Shown here in pieces: positions 54,087 to 64,000 of a DNA stretch of 64,000 nucleotides. Below the pieces are notes generated by a model, which was given only the letters and a program-made list of their open reading frames with translations, did not search any database and had not been told where the DNA came from. The stretch lies in NCBI GenBank assembly GCA_002189035.1, contig NEEC01000021.1, forward strand, positions 1,054,001 through 1,118,000, read 5' to 3'. Position 1 is the stretch's first letter. Every line of letters starts with the position of its first letter. The translations under genes were made by a program, and so were the position numbers. Origin of the DNA: Utricularia gibba (taxonomy: Eukaryota > Plantae > Magnoliophyta).

Positions 54087-55261
54087 ATGGCTTCCGCGGT
54101 GATCAACGGAATTGCTTGGACCCCGAGAGGGCTGGGGTCAGATCTCAACGGCAGGAGTTTTCCCAAGCTCAATTCGGCGAAGATTCCGGCCGTATCTGGT
54201 GCTGGGAGACGAGCCCATATCGCAAAATGCAGCCTTTCTGCCTCGAGACCCGCGTCGCAGCCCAGATTCATACAGCACAAGAAGGAGGCTTTTTGGTTTT
54301 ACAGGTTTCTTTCGATTGTGTATGACCATGTGATAAACCCTGGGCATTGGACTGAGGATATGAGGGATGACGCTTTGGAACCGGCTGATTTGGATAGCAG
54401 TAAGCTTATCGTTGTGGATGTGGGTGGAGGAACAGGGTTCACTACTCTTGGGATTGTTAAGCATGTAGATGCTAAGAACGTCACCATTCTGGATCAGTCT
54501 CCTCACCAGCTTGCCAAGGCTAAGGCCAAGGAGCCGTTGAAGGAATGCAAGATGATTTTGGGGGATGCTGAGGACCTCCCTTTTCCAACCGATTCTGTCG
54601 ACAGATACGTCTCTGCTGGCAGGTACTGCATATGCATGCAAGTGTTGCTGCATTTTTTCTTTGAAATCAGTTGAATAATCAATATTTGTATGGTTTTCTC
54701 TGGGTTCATTCATCCTACAGTATCGAGTACTGGCCAGACCCACAGCGCGGAATTAGAGAAGCGTACAGGGTTCTAAGATTGGGAGGGAAAGCTTGCCTCA
54801 TTGGCCCTGTGTATCCAACTTTCTGGTTGTCTCGTTTTTTTGCTGATGCTTGGATGCTTTTCCCCAAGGAAGAAGAGTACATTGAATGGTTCACCAAGGC
54901 AGGATTCAAGGATGTGAAGATTAAGCGGATTGGCCCCAAATGGTATAGAGGCGTCCGCCGCCACGGGCTCATCATGGGGTGCTCTGTCACCGGAATCAAA
55001 CCTGCATCCGGCGACTCACCATTGCAGGTAGTTAGTTAGTTTCCCATCCTTGAGGTCTGTTTATTTCATGCTGTGATTGGTAACATATTTGCTCTTGTGC
55101 TGCAGCTTGGCCCCAAGGCAGAAGATGTCTCTGAACCTGTGAACCCCTTCGTCTTCCTCGGCCGGTTCATTCTCGGCGCCTTGGCTGCTACTTACTACGT
55201 TCTGGTTCCAATTTACATGTGGATTAAGGATCAGATTTTCCCCAAAGGACAACCAATATGA
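54087..55261 (+). CDS. VTE3: MPBQ/MSBQ methyltransferase (tocopherol/plastoquinone synthesis), plastid-targeted, 3 exons, 332 aa
   Basis: Exons 54087-54622, 54721-55027, 55106-55261 sum to 999 bp. Motifs RFIQHKKEAFWFYRFLSIVYDH, VVDVGGGTGF, SIEYWPDPQRGI, and C-terminal anchor YYVLVPIYMWIKDQI. Confidence 0.97.
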
Positions 55262-55915
55262 GTAATGTAGTCCCATGGTTCACCTCTTGCTTGCTGCAAC
55301 TTAAGTTTTCTTGTAGGACATGCTTCACCATGTATTTGAGCAATAAACAAAACTCTATCATGTGACCAGATGTGGGAAGCTCTAGAATTTCTCCTGATGC
55401 AGTTTGATTTACCAGGTTTCATAGACTCTCTGAGCTGATTCATATCCATGTGAAATCCAATACAATAAAACTTGGGGAATGTATGTAGGTACAGTTCATA
55501 CAGTCATTCATTCATGCACCGCTTGCTTGCCCACAAGCTTAAATACCCCAAAAAAAGGGGTGTTACATTTGCACAACAGCTACTAAAAAACTTGAGGAGG
55601 CTGCAGCAGCCAGCTGCAATCGCCTTCCTCCTCATGCACTTGTACATTACATACACTAAGAAAAATCCGCTTCCCGCCAAACCACATGTACATGCAAGCA
55701 GCACCAGCAATCTCCCTGAGTCCCAGACTCGTGGCATGTTGCTAACACACACCATGCAGTGTTGTATATGGCCCCTTGCGGAAACAGGGGCACTCCGACT
55801 CTGGTGGCGGTTCTCATCCGCTAGCATTGATGAGGATGATGATGGTTTCAGGAGCTCTGGCAATGGGCCTTGACAGCCAGTGGCACCGTGGTGGTAACCA
55901 TTGATCAAGCATCTT

Positions 55916-64000
<8,085 letters not shown>

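Overview
Angiosperm nuclear DNA with AT-rich intergenic tracts and short introns; I cannot assign the species. Positions 1-10031 hold an aged Ty3/Gypsy Tat-clade (Retand-type) LTR retrotransposon on the minus strand, missing only its terminal base at the window edge. It has ~530-bp LTRs, a tRNA-Lys PBS, decayed gag-pol with an extra archaeal-type RNase H, and an antisense, intron-containing TRP28-like gene with its own promoter. Host genes follow in order: glyoxalase-I/VOC protein (+), group-3 LEA (+), acyl-protein thioesterase (-, 9 small exons poorly visible in the ORF track), P-class PPR (-), CYP734A (-), proteasome RPT6 (-), GA3ox (-), a true katanin p60 pseudogene (-), UNE12-like bHLH (-), VTE3 (+), and the 3' part of the BEACH-WD40 gene SPIRRIG (-). 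Eight frameshifts in six otherwise intact genes all lie in G/C homopolymer runs, which points to assembly error rather than pseudogenization. The katanin copy instead carries nonsense substitutions and multi-base deletions. Tourist-like MITEs, an LTR/TRIM remnant, local tandem duplications and several unexplained GC-rich islands are also present. All exon boundaries and alignments were done by eye, and Arabidopsis comparisons are from memory.
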